Shown one piece after another: positions 44,083 through 54,087 of a stretch of 64,000 nucleotides of DNA (position 1 is its first letter; each line of letters begins with the position of its first letter). The position numbers and the translations under genes are program-made. Location: positions 480,001-544,000 of the forward strand of contig OZ219918.1 of assembly GCA_964291415.2 (NCBI GenBank), written 5' to 3'. The DNA comes from Alphaproteobacteria bacterium (GTDB lineage Bacteria; Pseudomonadota; Alphaproteobacteria; SP197). Under the pieces are notes generated by a model that was not told the DNA's origin, did not search any database, and worked only from the letters and a program-made list of their open reading frames with translations.

Positions 44083-45597
44083 ATGAGCAAGCATGACAGT
44101 CAAACTGATGTCTCGCAGGATGCGACGACACCAACGACGGATGACGCCGGGTTCGGCATAGGCCGGCGGAGCTTCCTTGCGGGAAGCGCTGCAGCCGTGT
44201 CGGCGGCAACGGTGTTGCCCAACCTCAAGAAAGCGAAGGCGCAGGACGGCAGTCCCGTCAAGATCGGTTTCATCGAGGACGAATCAGGCAACCTGTCCGT
44301 CTATGGCATTCAGAAACTGCACGCCGCGCAACTTGCCGTGAAGGAAATCAACGAAGGCAAGACCCTCAAGGGCGGCGCCAACATCGGTACCGGCGGTTAT
44401 GGACCAATGGCGTCCTATGCAGCCAACGCGCCGACCATCAGCAAGGAGGGCGTGGCGCTCGATCTCGTCGATGCCGGTGGTGCGATGGGCGATGAAGCGA
44501 CAGTCTTCGTCGAGGACGATGATGTCTTCGTCGACTCGGGTGATCAGGGCATTCTCGGCCGCGAGGTTGACCTGGTGTCGGTTGATGGCCAGAGCAACAA
44601 TGCGCTGTGGCAGCAGCTGACCCGCCGGCTGATCCAGGAAGATGAGGTCGATGTCCTCGTTGCCGGTTTCGCCAGCGCCGAGCGCGAGGCGATCAGGCCG
44701 ATCGTCGACCAGTTCAACCAGCTCTACTTCTACACCAACCAGTACGAGGGCGGTGTGGCCGACGCCAACACGTTCTGCACCGGGCCGGTCTGCGAGCAGC
44801 AGGTCATTCCCGTCGTGCAGTACATGGTCGAGAAGTTCGGACCACGCTGTTACACGATCGCGGCGGACTACAACTTCGGCCAGCTCACCGCAGCCTGGAC
44901 CAAGGCCTTCGCTCCGCTTGTTGGTGGCGAGATCATCGGTGAGGAATTCATACCGCTGTCGGTGTCCGAATTCAGCCAGGTGATCGCCCGCATCCAGCAG
45001 GCCAAGCCGGACTGGGTCATGACCCTCCTGGTGGGTCAGAACCATCATAACTACTATCCGCAGGCAGCGGCCGCCGGACTGAGCTATCCGATGGCATCGA
45101 CGGTCAACATGGCGCAGGGCTATGAACACAAGCGGTTCCCTCCGCCATCCCTGAACCAGATGCACAACGCCATCCAGTATCAGCTCGAGGTGCCGACCGC
45201 CCGTAACCGAGCCTTCGTCAAGCGGTGGATGGATATGTTCCCGGAGGACGAGTACATCGGCGAAATGGCGCAGAACACCTACTTCACGGTGCACATGTAC
45301 GCCCAGGCAGCCCGTCTTGCCGGGACCACGGACCAGGAGACGGTCAAGAGGGCGCTGGAACTGGGATGGGCCATTGAGGCGCCGGAAGGTGCGGTCTTCC
45401 TCGAACCGGGGACCCATCACTGTGCCCATTACATCCGCCTGGCGGTGTGTGACGAGAATCACGATGTCTTCTTCGTGCGCGAATGGCCGATGATCCAGGC
45501 ATGGTGGCTCCAGCGCCTTGGCGTGAACCTCGTGCGCAATCCGGAGTACAAGCAGTACGTTCCCGACGAAGATCCCTTCTTCTCGATGTTCGGATGA
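44083..45597 (+). CDS. Urea/short-chain amide ABC transporter substrate-binding protein (UrtA/FmdD/AmiC family), Tat-exported
   Basis: Tat motif GRRSFL, ASAEREAIRP, YTNQYEGG, ADYNFG, EAPEG, and a strong RBS GAGGAGG. Confidence 0.88.
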   Translation: MSKHDSQTDVSQDATTPTTDDAGFGIGRRSFLAGSAAAVSAATVLPNLKKAKAQDGSPVKIGFIEDESGNLSVYGIQKLHAAQLAVKEINEGKTLKGGANIGTGGYGPMASYAANAPTISKEGVALDLVDAGGAMGDEATVFVEDDDVFVDSGDQGILGREVDLVSVDGQSNNALWQQLTRRLIQEDEVDVLVAGFASAEREAIRPIVDQFNQLYFYTNQYEGGVADANTFCTGPVCEQQVIPVVQYMVEKFGPRCYTIAADYNFGQLTAAWTKAFAPLVGGEIIGEEFIPLSVSEFSQVIARIQQAKPDWVMTLLVGQNHHNYYPQAAAAGLSYPMASTVNMAQGYEHKRFPPPSLNQMHNAIQYQLEVPTARNRAFVKRWMDMFPEDEYIGEMAQNTYFTVHMYAQAARLAGTTDQETVKRALELGWAIEAPEGAVFLEPGTHHCAHYIRLAVCDENHDVFFVREWPMIQAWWLQRLGVNLVRNPEYKQYVPDEDPFFSMFG

Positions 45598-45607
45598 TCT
45601 GTTCAGT

Positions 45608-45650
45608 CAGGTTCCGCCAGGCGACCCCCGGGTCCGCCTGGCGGAACCTG
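45608..45650 (+). terminator. Perfect 16-bp hairpin after the binding-protein gene (mRNA stabiliser or attenuator)
   Basis: CAGGTTCCGCCAGGCG-N11-CGCCTGGCGGAACCTG. No clear U-tract follows. Confidence 0.7.
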
Positions 45651-45670
45651 TTCCTGTCTTTGTCACCTGA

Positions 45671-46576
45671 GTGAGCATGGCGGTGGAGGAATTCAGCCTC
45701 GTCATCAGTGTTGCCTATCAGTTCGGGACCAATGCGGCATTCCTGTTGCTGTGCGCGCTCGGACTGATCGTCATTCTGGGCATGATGAACATCATCAACC
45801 TCGCCCATGGCGAGTTGATGATGATGGGTGCCTACACGGCGTCGCTCAGCTACCAGGCGGGCCTTCCGTTTCCGCTGTGCGTCGCCGTGTCCTTTCTGGT
45901 CGTCGGTTTCGTGGGCGCCGTGTTCGAACGCCTGGTCGTGCGGCGATTCTATGGTCGGGAACTCAGCGCCCTGGTTGTGACCTGGGGCATCAGCCTGCTG
46001 TTGAGCCAGGGCACTTTGATGGTGTTCGGCCCCTTTCTTCCCTCCATCCCCATCCCGGGCGGATTCCTCGAAGTCGGCGCCTACTCCCTGTCGGTGTACT
46101 GGCTGATCCTCATCGCGGTATCCATTGCTGTCGTTGTGGCGCTCGCCTGGCTCTACAACCGCACCACCTTCGGCCTTCATGCACGCGCCACCATGCAGGA
46201 TGCCGCCATGGCCAGGGCACTGGGTGTCAACACCGGGCGCATCTACATGCTGACATTCAGTCTTGGCGCCGGACTTGCGGGTTTCAGCGGCGCGTTGCTC
46301 GCTCCCACGGCATCGATCATGCCGTTCATGGGCCAGCAGTTCGTGGCGCCCGCCTTCATCACCGTCGTGGTTGGTGGTGCGGCCAACGTGATTGCCGGCG
46401 CCGTAGGGAGCAGTGTTCTCCTGTCCCTGGTCCGCACTCCGGTCGGATTCTATCTCGGCGCGTTTCTCGGACTCGTCGCCCTTCTGCTGGCGGCGCTCAT
46501 CATCATCCGGCTGATGCCCAACGGGGTGTCCGCTGCCCTGCAACGCTGGTCTGACCGGCGTGCCCAGTCACACTGA
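45671..46576 (+). CDS. ABC permease (UrtB/LivH-like)
   Basis: GMMNIINLAHGELMMMGAY, FGLHARA, AFITVVVGG. Confidence 0.9.
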   Translation: MSMAVEEFSLVISVAYQFGTNAAFLLLCALGLIVILGMMNIINLAHGELMMMGAYTASLSYQAGLPFPLCVAVSFLVVGFVGAVFERLVVRRFYGRELSALVVTWGISLLLSQGTLMVFGPFLPSIPIPGGFLEVGAYSLSVYWLILIAVSIAVVVALAWLYNRTTFGLHARATMQDAAMARALGVNTGRIYMLTFSLGAGLAGFSGALLAPTASIMPFMGQQFVAPAFITVVVGGAANVIAGAVGSSVLLSLVRTPVGFYLGAFLGLVALLLAALIIIRLMPNGVSAALQRWSDRRAQSH

Positions 46577-46588
46577 ACGGTTCCGGCG

Positions 46589-47626
46589 ATGAAGCATCTT
46601 GCCCTGCTGACCGGACCCGAGGACATCGGGCAGTCGCGACTGTTCTGGGCGGTCTTCGTGCTCCTTGTCGTCAACTTTCTTGCCGGTCCGTTGTGGATGA
46701 GCGAATTCGAGGCGTCCAACGTCTCCTACTATCTGCTCAATCTTCCCATGGCGCTGGGTCTGTGCCTGCTGTGGGGATACTGCGGCGTCCTGAGTTTCGG
46801 CCAGGTCGCGTACTTCGGTATCGCCGGCTATCTCTACGGCATTATCGCCGGAAACATGCGAGGCGATCCCTGGGGGCCCCTGCTCGGCGAGGTTGGCGGC
46901 CTGGTGGCCTGTGCCGTGGTCTCGGCCATTTTCGGGTACTTCATGTTCTATGCCCGGGTCCAGCGGTGGATCGTTCCCATTTTGACTCTGGTGCTGGCCC
47001 TTCTTCTCGAGACCTTTCTCGGCCAGACGGCGGGCTATCAATGGCGCGTGGGAAGTGTGCAGCTTGGCGGCTACAACGGCATGACAGGCATTCCCTGGTT
47101 CCAGCTGGGTGACCTGACATTCTTTGGCTACTCCTTCTATTACTACGTCGTGCTGGTGGTGCTTGTGAGCTACCTGGGTTGTCGGGCGCTGGTCAATTCG
47201 CATCACGGCAAGGTCATGCTCGCCATGCGCGAGGACCCGTTGCGAACCGAACTCCTGGGCTACGACATACGGGCGCGCCAACTCGTGGTCTTTGTCATTG
47301 CCGGCGTACTCGCCGGGCTGTCGGGCCTCCTCTATGTCCAGTGGGGAAACTACATCACACCTTCCCAGGTCGGACTGGTGCAGGCGGCGCTGCCGGTGAT
47401 CTGGGTTGCGGTGGGAGGACGAAGCAAACTGCTGGCAGTCGCCATTTCGGCCTATGCCCTCAACTGGATTACGTATTCGCTGTCGTCGGCCGGGAACCAG
47501 TACGCCCTGGTGATCATCGGGGGATTGCTGGTGGCTGTGATGCTCTTTTTCCCTGACGGAATCATTGTCACCCTGGCCCGCAACATGAACCGCCAGGCCC
47601 TCGCCCGCCTTTTCCGGAGGGGCTGA
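46589..47626 (+). CDS. ABC permease (UrtC/LivM-like)
   Basis: WGYCGVLSFGQ, GGYNG, AMREDP, WVAVGGR. Confidence 0.9.
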   Translation: MKHLALLTGPEDIGQSRLFWAVFVLLVVNFLAGPLWMSEFEASNVSYYLLNLPMALGLCLLWGYCGVLSFGQVAYFGIAGYLYGIIAGNMRGDPWGPLLGEVGGLVACAVVSAIFGYFMFYARVQRWIVPILTLVLALLLETFLGQTAGYQWRVGSVQLGGYNGMTGIPWFQLGDLTFFGYSFYYYVVLVVLVSYLGCRALVNSHHGKVMLAMREDPLRTELLGYDIRARQLVVFVIAGVLAGLSGLLYVQWGNYITPSQVGLVQAALPVIWVAVGGRSKLLAVAISAYALNWITYSLSSAGNQYALVIIGGLLVAVMLFFPDGIIVTLARNMNRQALARLFRRG

Positions 47627-47630
47627 AGCC

Positions 47631-48356
47631 GTGACCATGCACTCCATCGTCCGCACCTCGGCCCTCGAAAAGAGGTTTGGCGGCATCGTCGCCACGCAAA
47701 ACGTCGAACTCGACATTCCCGAAGGGGAGTTGCGCTGCATCATCGGACCCAATGGCGCCGGGAAATCGACCCTGTTCGCATTGCTGTGCGGTATTCATGC
47801 TCCGGATTCCGGGCATATCTTCCTGAAGGATCGCGACATCACGGCGCTTCCGAGCTTCCGCCGGGTACGGCTCGGGCTGGGTCTGACCTTCCAGACCAAT
47901 CGCGCCTTCCACGATCTCACGGTAAGGCAGAATCTCGAGGCGCCGTTCAGGCTTCCCCAGGGCGGTCGCTCGTCCACATCCGAGAAACGCTACCAGTATG
48001 CGTTGTCGACCTTCGGCCTTGATACGACAAGCGATGTTCCGGCCCGTGAACTGCCGCACCATCGACTGCAGTGGCTCGAGATCGCGATGGTGCTGGCCGG
48101 CGGACCCGACGTCCTCCTTCTCGATGAGCCTACGGCCGGACTGTCGCCTGAGGAGACACTGCAGACGGCCAGGGTTCTGCGTCATCTCAACGATGATGGG
48201 CTGACAATCATCGTGGTGGAACACGACATCGCATTCGTCAGGGAGGTGGCCGAGCGTGTGACGGTGCTGCACCAGGGCGCCATCTTTGCAGAGGGCACCG
48301 TCGCGGACATCACGGCGCATGATGACGTGCGGCGCATCTATCTCGGACAGGCATGA
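47631..48356 (+). CDS. ABC ATP-binding protein (UrtD/LivG-like)
   Basis: GPNGAGKS, LLLDEPTAG, VEHD. Confidence 0.92.
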   Translation: MTMHSIVRTSALEKRFGGIVATQNVELDIPEGELRCIIGPNGAGKSTLFALLCGIHAPDSGHIFLKDRDITALPSFRRVRLGLGLTFQTNRAFHDLTVRQNLEAPFRLPQGGRSSTSEKRYQYALSTFGLDTTSDVPARELPHHRLQWLEIAMVLAGGPDVLLLDEPTAGLSPEETLQTARVLRHLNDDGLTIIVVEHDIAFVREVAERVTVLHQGAIFAEGTVADITAHDDVRRIYLGQA

Positions 48357-49066
48357 TGGGAACGGAGCTTCTCACGGCAACGGGGCTTCGATCGGGCTAC
48401 TCGATCGGCGATGTGCTCCAGGGATTTGACCTCAGCATCGACCGGGGCGAAGTCGTGAGCGTGCTTGGCCGCAACGGGGTTGGCAAGACAACCCTGATGA
48501 AGACGCTGATCGGTCTGTTGCCAACGCGGGCAGGAAACATCCGCTACCAGGGAGAGGATATCTCGGCACTGCCTGCCGACCGTCGGGCGCGCCGGGGGAT
48601 CGGCTATGTGCCGCAGGGGCGGGGAATATTCCCGCAGATGACAGTGCGCGACAATCTTAGCATGGGCGGCTTCATCAACCGCGACCAGCAAACGCCCGAT
48701 CCTGAAGTGGCGTTCTCGTTCTTTCCGTTCCTTCGCGACCGGCAACGCCAGCGCGGCGGCACGCTGAGCGGCGGGCAGCAGGCCATGCTCGCCATTGCGC
48801 GTGCGCTCATCAACGCGCCCGATCTGTTGCTGCTCGATGAACCCAGTGACGGCGTCCAGCCCAGCATCGTTCAGGACATCGGCGCCTTCGTCCGCGAACT
48901 CAACCAGTCCAGGCAACTGACCGTGCTCATCGTCGAACAGAACATCGACCTGATCCAGACCGTGGCGCAGCGCGCCTATGTTCTGGACAAGGGCAGGGTG
49001 GTGGCTGATCTTGACCGCGAGCGCCTTATGGACACGGAACATGTGGCCACCTACCTCGCGGTCTGA
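48353..49066 (+). CDS. ABC ATP-binding protein (UrtE/LivF-like)
   Basis: GRNGVGKT, LSGGQQ, LLLDEPS, VEQN. Confidence 0.92.
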   Translation: MMGTELLTATGLRSGYSIGDVLQGFDLSIDRGEVVSVLGRNGVGKTTLMKTLIGLLPTRAGNIRYQGEDISALPADRRARRGIGYVPQGRGIFPQMTVRDNLSMGGFINRDQQTPDPEVAFSFFPFLRDRQRQRGGTLSGGQQAMLAIARALINAPDLLLLDEPSDGVQPSIVQDIGAFVRELNQSRQLTVLIVEQNIDLIQTVAQRAYVLDKGRVVADLDRERLMDTEHVATYLAV

Positions 49067-49130
49067 CGGCGACATGTCCCTGGCTTGCCTGACGGAATGG
49101 CCCATGAACTGACAAGGGGGAACGACGGCT

Positions 49131-50147
49131 ATGGAAATGATCATGCGATCCTACCCGAACGACTGGGTAACGGAATCCATCATGTACCGGCGCGGCGTCG
49201 GTTACGGATCAACGGGTGTCACCCACCATCTCACGGAAGAGATCCAGGGTGTCTATCACTACACGATCGGCCCCTATTCCGAACCGGTTCTCCACATCAA
49301 TCCGGGTGACAGGGTCATCGTCGAGACGCGCGATGCCTTCGAAGGCAAGATCAGGAGCGAATCCGATGTTCCCTCGGAGATCCTGGAGATGCCCTGGCTC
49401 AATCCCCAGTGCGGCCCGATCATGGTCGAGGGAGCGGAAAAGGGTGATGTCCTGTGTGTCCATATCGAGAGCATGGCGCCACGGGGACCGAACCCCCGCG
49501 GCACCTGTTGCATGATCAAGGAGTTCGGCGCCCTGACCGGCACGACCCTGACGGCGACGCTCAATGAACCGCTTCCCGAGATCGTCCGCAAGGTCAACCT
49601 CGATGAGGAGAATGTCTATTGGAGCGACAGGGTGACGCTCCCCTACAAGCCCCATATTGGCACGCTCAGCTGCTCGCCCGAGATCGATTCGATCAATTCA
49701 CTGACGCCCGACGCCCATGGCGGCAACATGGATCTCCCCGACATGGGGCCGGGTACGATCACCTACCTGCCGATCCGCACCAAGGGTGGCCGTCTCTTCA
49801 TCGGTGATGCCCATGCCTGCCAGGGTGATGGCGAGGTGTGCGGTGTTGCCGTCGAGTACCCGACCACCACCACCATAACGGTCGACCTGATCAAGAACTG
49901 GCCGATCGAGTGGCCGCGCCTGGAGGCCGACGACTTCATCATGGGAATCGGCAGCACGCGTCCTCTCGAGGACAGCGCACGCATCGCCTACCGTGAACTG
50001 ATCCGGTGGATGGCGGCGGACTACGGGTTCGACCAGTGGGACGCCTACATGATGCTCAGCCAGTGCGGCAAGGTGCGCCTGGGCAACTTCGTGGATCCCA
50101 AGTACACGATCGGCGCCGCCGTTCCCAAGAAGTACATCCTGGACTGA
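49131..50147 (+). CDS. Acetamidase/formamidase (FmdA/AmdA) family protein
   Basis: NPQCGPIMVEGAEKGD, HGGNMD, GDAHACQGDGEVCG. The exact start among several ATGs is uncertain. Confidence 0.9.
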   Translation: MEMIMRSYPNDWVTESIMYRRGVGYGSTGVTHHLTEEIQGVYHYTIGPYSEPVLHINPGDRVIVETRDAFEGKIRSESDVPSEILEMPWLNPQCGPIMVEGAEKGDVLCVHIESMAPRGPNPRGTCCMIKEFGALTGTTLTATLNEPLPEIVRKVNLDEENVYWSDRVTLPYKPHIGTLSCSPEIDSINSLTPDAHGGNMDLPDMGPGTITYLPIRTKGGRLFIGDAHACQGDGEVCGVAVEYPTTTTITVDLIKNWPIEWPRLEADDFIMGIGSTRPLEDSARIAYRELIRWMAADYGFDQWDAYMMLSQCGKVRLGNFVDPKYTIGAAVPKKYILD

Positions 50148-50238
50148 AGCAGCGGGCGCCAACCGGACAGTCCGGGCGCGTTGATTCGGGGCAGGGTGGC
50201 GCATAGGGTTCCCGGCACCGGGACATCGGAGGTTCGTC

Positions 50239-51387
50239 ATGCCTGAAACGCTGCCGGTGGCGGGGATGACCGGGGACCACCGGACCTCGTTCACCCTGCC
50301 TTCGCCGTGGTACTACCGAGCGGATGTACTCGAGCGCGAGAAGGAGGAGATCTTCTTCCGCTCGTGGCGTTTCGTCTGTCACAGGAGCGCGCTCGGCACT
50401 CCCGGCAGCTATGTCACCGTCGACATCCACGGTCAGGGAATTGTCGCCATCAGGGGACGGGACGGTCGTCTGAGAGCCTTCTACAACGTCTGCCAGCACC
50501 GTGCCCACGAACTGCTGCAGGGACGCGGCACCGTCAAGGCCGCCATCACCTGTCCCTACCATGGCTGGGCCTATGGCACCGACGGGTCACTGAGGAGCGC
50601 CCGGCTGTGTGACCGGGTGCCGGACTTCGACAAGGCCGATTTCGGTCTGGTGCCCGTGCGGATCCAGGAATTCGCCGGCTTCATCTTCGTCAACCTTGAT
50701 GACGATGCGCCGCCGATGAACGAGTGGGCGCCGGGCTTCGAGGAGGAGTGCCGGCGCTGGTTTCCCGATCTCGAGACGGTCACGTTCGGCGGCCAGAAGG
50801 ACTTCGACATCGCCTCCAACTGGAAGGTGACCGTCGAGAACGCCATCGAGGGCTACCACTTTCCCAACTCCGGTCCGGCCCACCGCGAACTCACCGACAT
50901 CATCGACATGGAGACAACGAAACTCCATGTGCATGATCGCTGGCTTGCCATCATCGCTCCGCCGGGCAAGAACCGGGCGCAGGTCTATCCCTTCCCAAGC
51001 TCCGGTCCTGGTGGCCAGACGGACCATTTCATCACGCTTTACCTGTGGCCGGACTGGATCATCTATTCCTGGCCTCATGCCGACATGATCTCGACCTTCC
51101 TGATGCGGGCTACGGGCGCGCAGTCATCGGTCGTGGAAAATGCTTACTACCGCGTTCCTGGCCGTGGCGATGACGAAACCACGCGCGCTTCGGAAGTCTG
51201 GTTCAACGAAGCCCTCGGACCTGAAGATGCCGCCCTCAACGAGGGTGTGCAGCGGGGTATCGTGTCGCGGGGCTACTACCAGGGCCGGTTCATTTCCCGG
51301 GACGGTGAACCAGGGGACAGCGAACACTGTGTCCATGCCTTTCAGACCTGGGTGAGAAGTGCATTGGAAGGAGACATGAACTCATGA
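50239..51387 (+). CDS. Rieske oxygenase alpha subunit (CntA/carnitine monooxygenase-like)
   Basis: FYNVCQHRAHELL...CPYHGW and NWKVTVENAIEGYHF...AH...ED, plus SEHCVHAFQ. Confidence 0.88.
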   Translation: MPETLPVAGMTGDHRTSFTLPSPWYYRADVLEREKEEIFFRSWRFVCHRSALGTPGSYVTVDIHGQGIVAIRGRDGRLRAFYNVCQHRAHELLQGRGTVKAAITCPYHGWAYGTDGSLRSARLCDRVPDFDKADFGLVPVRIQEFAGFIFVNLDDDAPPMNEWAPGFEEECRRWFPDLETVTFGGQKDFDIASNWKVTVENAIEGYHFPNSGPAHRELTDIIDMETTKLHVHDRWLAIIAPPGKNRAQVYPFPSSGPGGQTDHFITLYLWPDWIIYSWPHADMISTFLMRATGAQSSVVENAYYRVPGRGDDETTRASEVWFNEALGPEDAALNEGVQRGIVSRGYYQGRFISRDGEPGDSEHCVHAFQTWVRSALEGDMNS

Positions 51388-51770
51388 GCGAAGCGCGCAT
51401 GTTCCGTGGGCATGACCTCGATCTTGCCGTGGCTGGCGGCAGCGGCGGCAACGTGGTGGCCACCATCAACTCGGCGATCAGCACGACGCTGGGAGGCGGC
51501 ATGGGGGTGTTCGAGAACTGCAGCATTCCCTGGACCGTGACCTACGACGAGATCATCTACGGCATCGACGGTGAACTGGAAATCCATACCGACGAGGGAC
51601 GGCATCGTGTCGGTCCCGGCGACATCATGTGGCTTCCTGCCGGAACCCGGCTCACCTACGTGGCGCGTGAACCGGCGAAGTTCTTCTTTGCCGTGGCGCC
51701 GGTGACCGAGTCGAAGGCGGGAAGCAGCACCCACCATCACACACCCGTACCTCCGAATCCCCTGGACTGA
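51384..51770 (+). CDS. EutQ-like cupin
   Basis: SIPWTVTYDEIIYGIDG...GPGDIMWLPAGT. Confidence 0.8.
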   Translation: MSEARMFRGHDLDLAVAGGSGGNVVATINSAISTTLGGGMGVFENCSIPWTVTYDEIIYGIDGELEIHTDEGRHRVGPGDIMWLPAGTRLTYVAREPAKFFFAVAPVTESKAGSSTHHHTPVPPNPLD

Positions 51771-51779
51771 CATCGCGCC

Positions 51780-53084
51780 ATGCGGGTGACCGGCTTCCCG
51801 AAGAACGATCATTCGAACGGCTGGTACAACATCCTGGAGGAACACTCTCCGGCGCGTGTCTGGAAAGGCGAGGGCGCGGCGGACTGGGTGGTGGTCGGTG
51901 GCGGTTTCGCCGGTCTCGCCGCGGCCCGGCGCCTGGGCGAACTGCGGTCCGGTGATCGCGTCGTGCTCCTTGAGGCGGGCCGCATCGGGGAGAATGCCTC
52001 GGGTCGCAATTCGGGCTTCATCATTGACCTTCCCCACGCGCTGTCGCGCGAACAGCCCGAACACGACCGCCGGCAGATCCGCATCAACCGGCAGGCCATC
52101 GCCTGGCTCGCCGATATCGTTGAACGCCACCAGATACGCTGTCAGTGGAGCCGCCGCGGCAAGCTGCACGTGGCGGCCACGTCTCCGGGACGCCGGAATC
52201 TCGATGTCATGCAGTCTCGTCTCGATGACCTTGGCGAGGACTGCGAGCGATGGGATCGCAGGCGCCTCGCTTCCTTCCTGGGCACGAAGAGCTTTGTTGA
52301 TGGCCTCTATACGCCAGGGTGCGTTCTCATGCAGCCGGCGGCGCTGGTGACCGGGCTGGCCCGCACGATGCCTGACAATGTCGAGATCTTCGAGAATTCT
52401 CCTGTGCGGGAGTTTCACGGCGGGGCAACGAAGACCCTTGCGACCCCGGCCGGGCAGTTGACGACGCCTCGGATCATTCTGGCGACCAACGGCTGGGCAT
52501 CCGCCTTTGGGTTTCTCAGGCGGAAACTGCTCACCATCCACACGTTCGCCAGCCTGACCCGGCCGCTTGACGATGCCGAACAGAAGGCTCTGGGAGGCGA
52601 GGGAGACTGGGGAACCATTCCTGCACTCCTGGGCGGGGCAACGATGCGCTACACGCGGGACAAGAGGCTGCTCATCCGGCTGGCCTTGCGTCACCGGCCG
52701 GACTTCACGATCACGGAACGCGATCTGGCGAAGGTTCGGCGTCAGCACGTTCGCTCCCTTTCCAGGCGCTTTCCCATGGTGCCGCGCGTCACCTTCGAAC
52801 ACACCTGGAGCGGCGTGATGTGCATGTCGCGCAACTCCGTGCCGAAGTGCGGCACACTGGCCGACGGCATCTGGGCTGCGGTGTGCCAGAACGGTGTCGG
52901 CGCCGCCAAGGGGACCATTTCCGGACGGGCGGTCGCCGAGATGGCCGTCGGCGAGGACACCGATCTGGTGGCCGACATGGCGGCATTCGAGGAACTAAAG
53001 CGCTTCCCGCCGAGTTTCGTGACGGCGCCCGTCATGCAGGCCCGCATCCTCGGTGCCAGGCTGACAGCAGGCCGAGAGGCCTGA
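51780..53084 (+). CDS. FAD-dependent amine/amino-acid oxidoreductase (DadA/PuuB family)
   Basis: VVGGGFAG, ASGRNSG, LATNG, CQNGVG. Confidence 0.87.
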   Translation: MRVTGFPKNDHSNGWYNILEEHSPARVWKGEGAADWVVVGGGFAGLAAARRLGELRSGDRVVLLEAGRIGENASGRNSGFIIDLPHALSREQPEHDRRQIRINRQAIAWLADIVERHQIRCQWSRRGKLHVAATSPGRRNLDVMQSRLDDLGEDCERWDRRRLASFLGTKSFVDGLYTPGCVLMQPAALVTGLARTMPDNVEIFENSPVREFHGGATKTLATPAGQLTTPRIILATNGWASAFGFLRRKLLTIHTFASLTRPLDDAEQKALGGEGDWGTIPALLGGATMRYTRDKRLLIRLALRHRPDFTITERDLAKVRRQHVRSLSRRFPMVPRVTFEHTWSGVMCMSRNSVPKCGTLADGIWAAVCQNGVGAAKGTISGRAVAEMAVGEDTDLVADMAAFEELKRFPPSFVTAPVMQARILGARLTAGREA

Positions 53085-53130
53085 TTTATGCTCGCCGTCG
53101 CCCCGCTCGGACAGGATCTCATGGGCGAGG

Positions 53131-53850
53131 ATGGATCGCGAGAACGTGTTGTGTGCCCTCGATCAGGCGCAGCTTGGCCGACTGGTCGACTGGATCGGGG
53201 CTGCCGGCGAGGATGACGCGGTTTCGGTCCTGGTTCTCACGGGCACCGGCCGGGCCTTCAACGCCGGGGCGGACATCGGCGAGGCCGAAACACAGGACGA
53301 AGGGGGCTTTGCGGCCAACACGGCGCTCTATCAGGAACTGGCCCGCCGGATCAGCGGTCTCGGAAAGCCCGTGATCGCTGCTGTCAACGGCTACTGTCCG
53401 GGCGGCGGGGTCCAACTTGCCGCCATGTGTGATCTGAGAATCGCCGCGAGATCAGCCCGCTTCGGCCTGCCGGATGCAGCGCTTGGATTCAGTGTCTCGG
53501 GCGGGTTGTCGTGGTTCCTGCCGCGCCACATCGGTCTCGGGAGAACGATGGACCTCTATCTGACCCAACGACTGGTGGATGCCGACGAGGCGCAGCGGAT
53601 CGGCCTCGTGGCAGACGTTGTCGATGACGATGACCTTCCCGCCCGCGCGAACGACCTTGCGGCCACCTTCGCCGGGCTTCCCGGCTGTGGCGTGGTTCAC
53701 ATGAAGGCCCTCCTCGGAGCCTCCCACGAGTCGCTCGAGGCGGTGCTTGCCGATGAGGACGCGCGCGACCGTGCCTGCTTTGCCGATCCGGCGACGAGGA
53801 AACGGCTGCGGACCTTTCTCGAGGCGCGCCGGACCGAAAGGGTGAGGTGA
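53131..53850 (+). CDS. Enoyl-CoA hydratase/isomerase family protein
   Basis: RAFNAGADI, AAVNGYCPGGG, CDLRIA. The start may lie slightly upstream. Confidence 0.82.
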   Translation: MDRENVLCALDQAQLGRLVDWIGAAGEDDAVSVLVLTGTGRAFNAGADIGEAETQDEGGFAANTALYQELARRISGLGKPVIAAVNGYCPGGGVQLAAMCDLRIAARSARFGLPDAALGFSVSGGLSWFLPRHIGLGRTMDLYLTQRLVDADEAQRIGLVADVVDDDDLPARANDLAATFAGLPGCGVVHMKALLGASHESLEAVLADEDARDRACFADPATRKRLRTFLEARRTERVR

Positions 53851-54087
53851 ACGGCAGACTCGGTTCTGCGGGAGCCGCGGGCGCTGCCGTCCCCAGCTTC
53901 ACTCGCTGTGGAACTGGCTCGACCGATTTCACGATCCCGGGGCCTGCGTCCCTCTCGGTCAAACCCGACGATGACTCGCCTGTCAGGGCTATCGATCAGC
54001 GTTTGACTTTCCGCCACGTACATCTTCGAATGCGACGGAGAAGTCCGTTCGGTTTGATCTTGCGACAAGAACAAGAGGAGGAACTTC

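Noticed and set aside
44356-44547. Intein or mobile insertion in the binding protein
   Set aside because: It has no N-terminal Cys/Ser or C-terminal His-Asn, no flanking repeats, and is too short.
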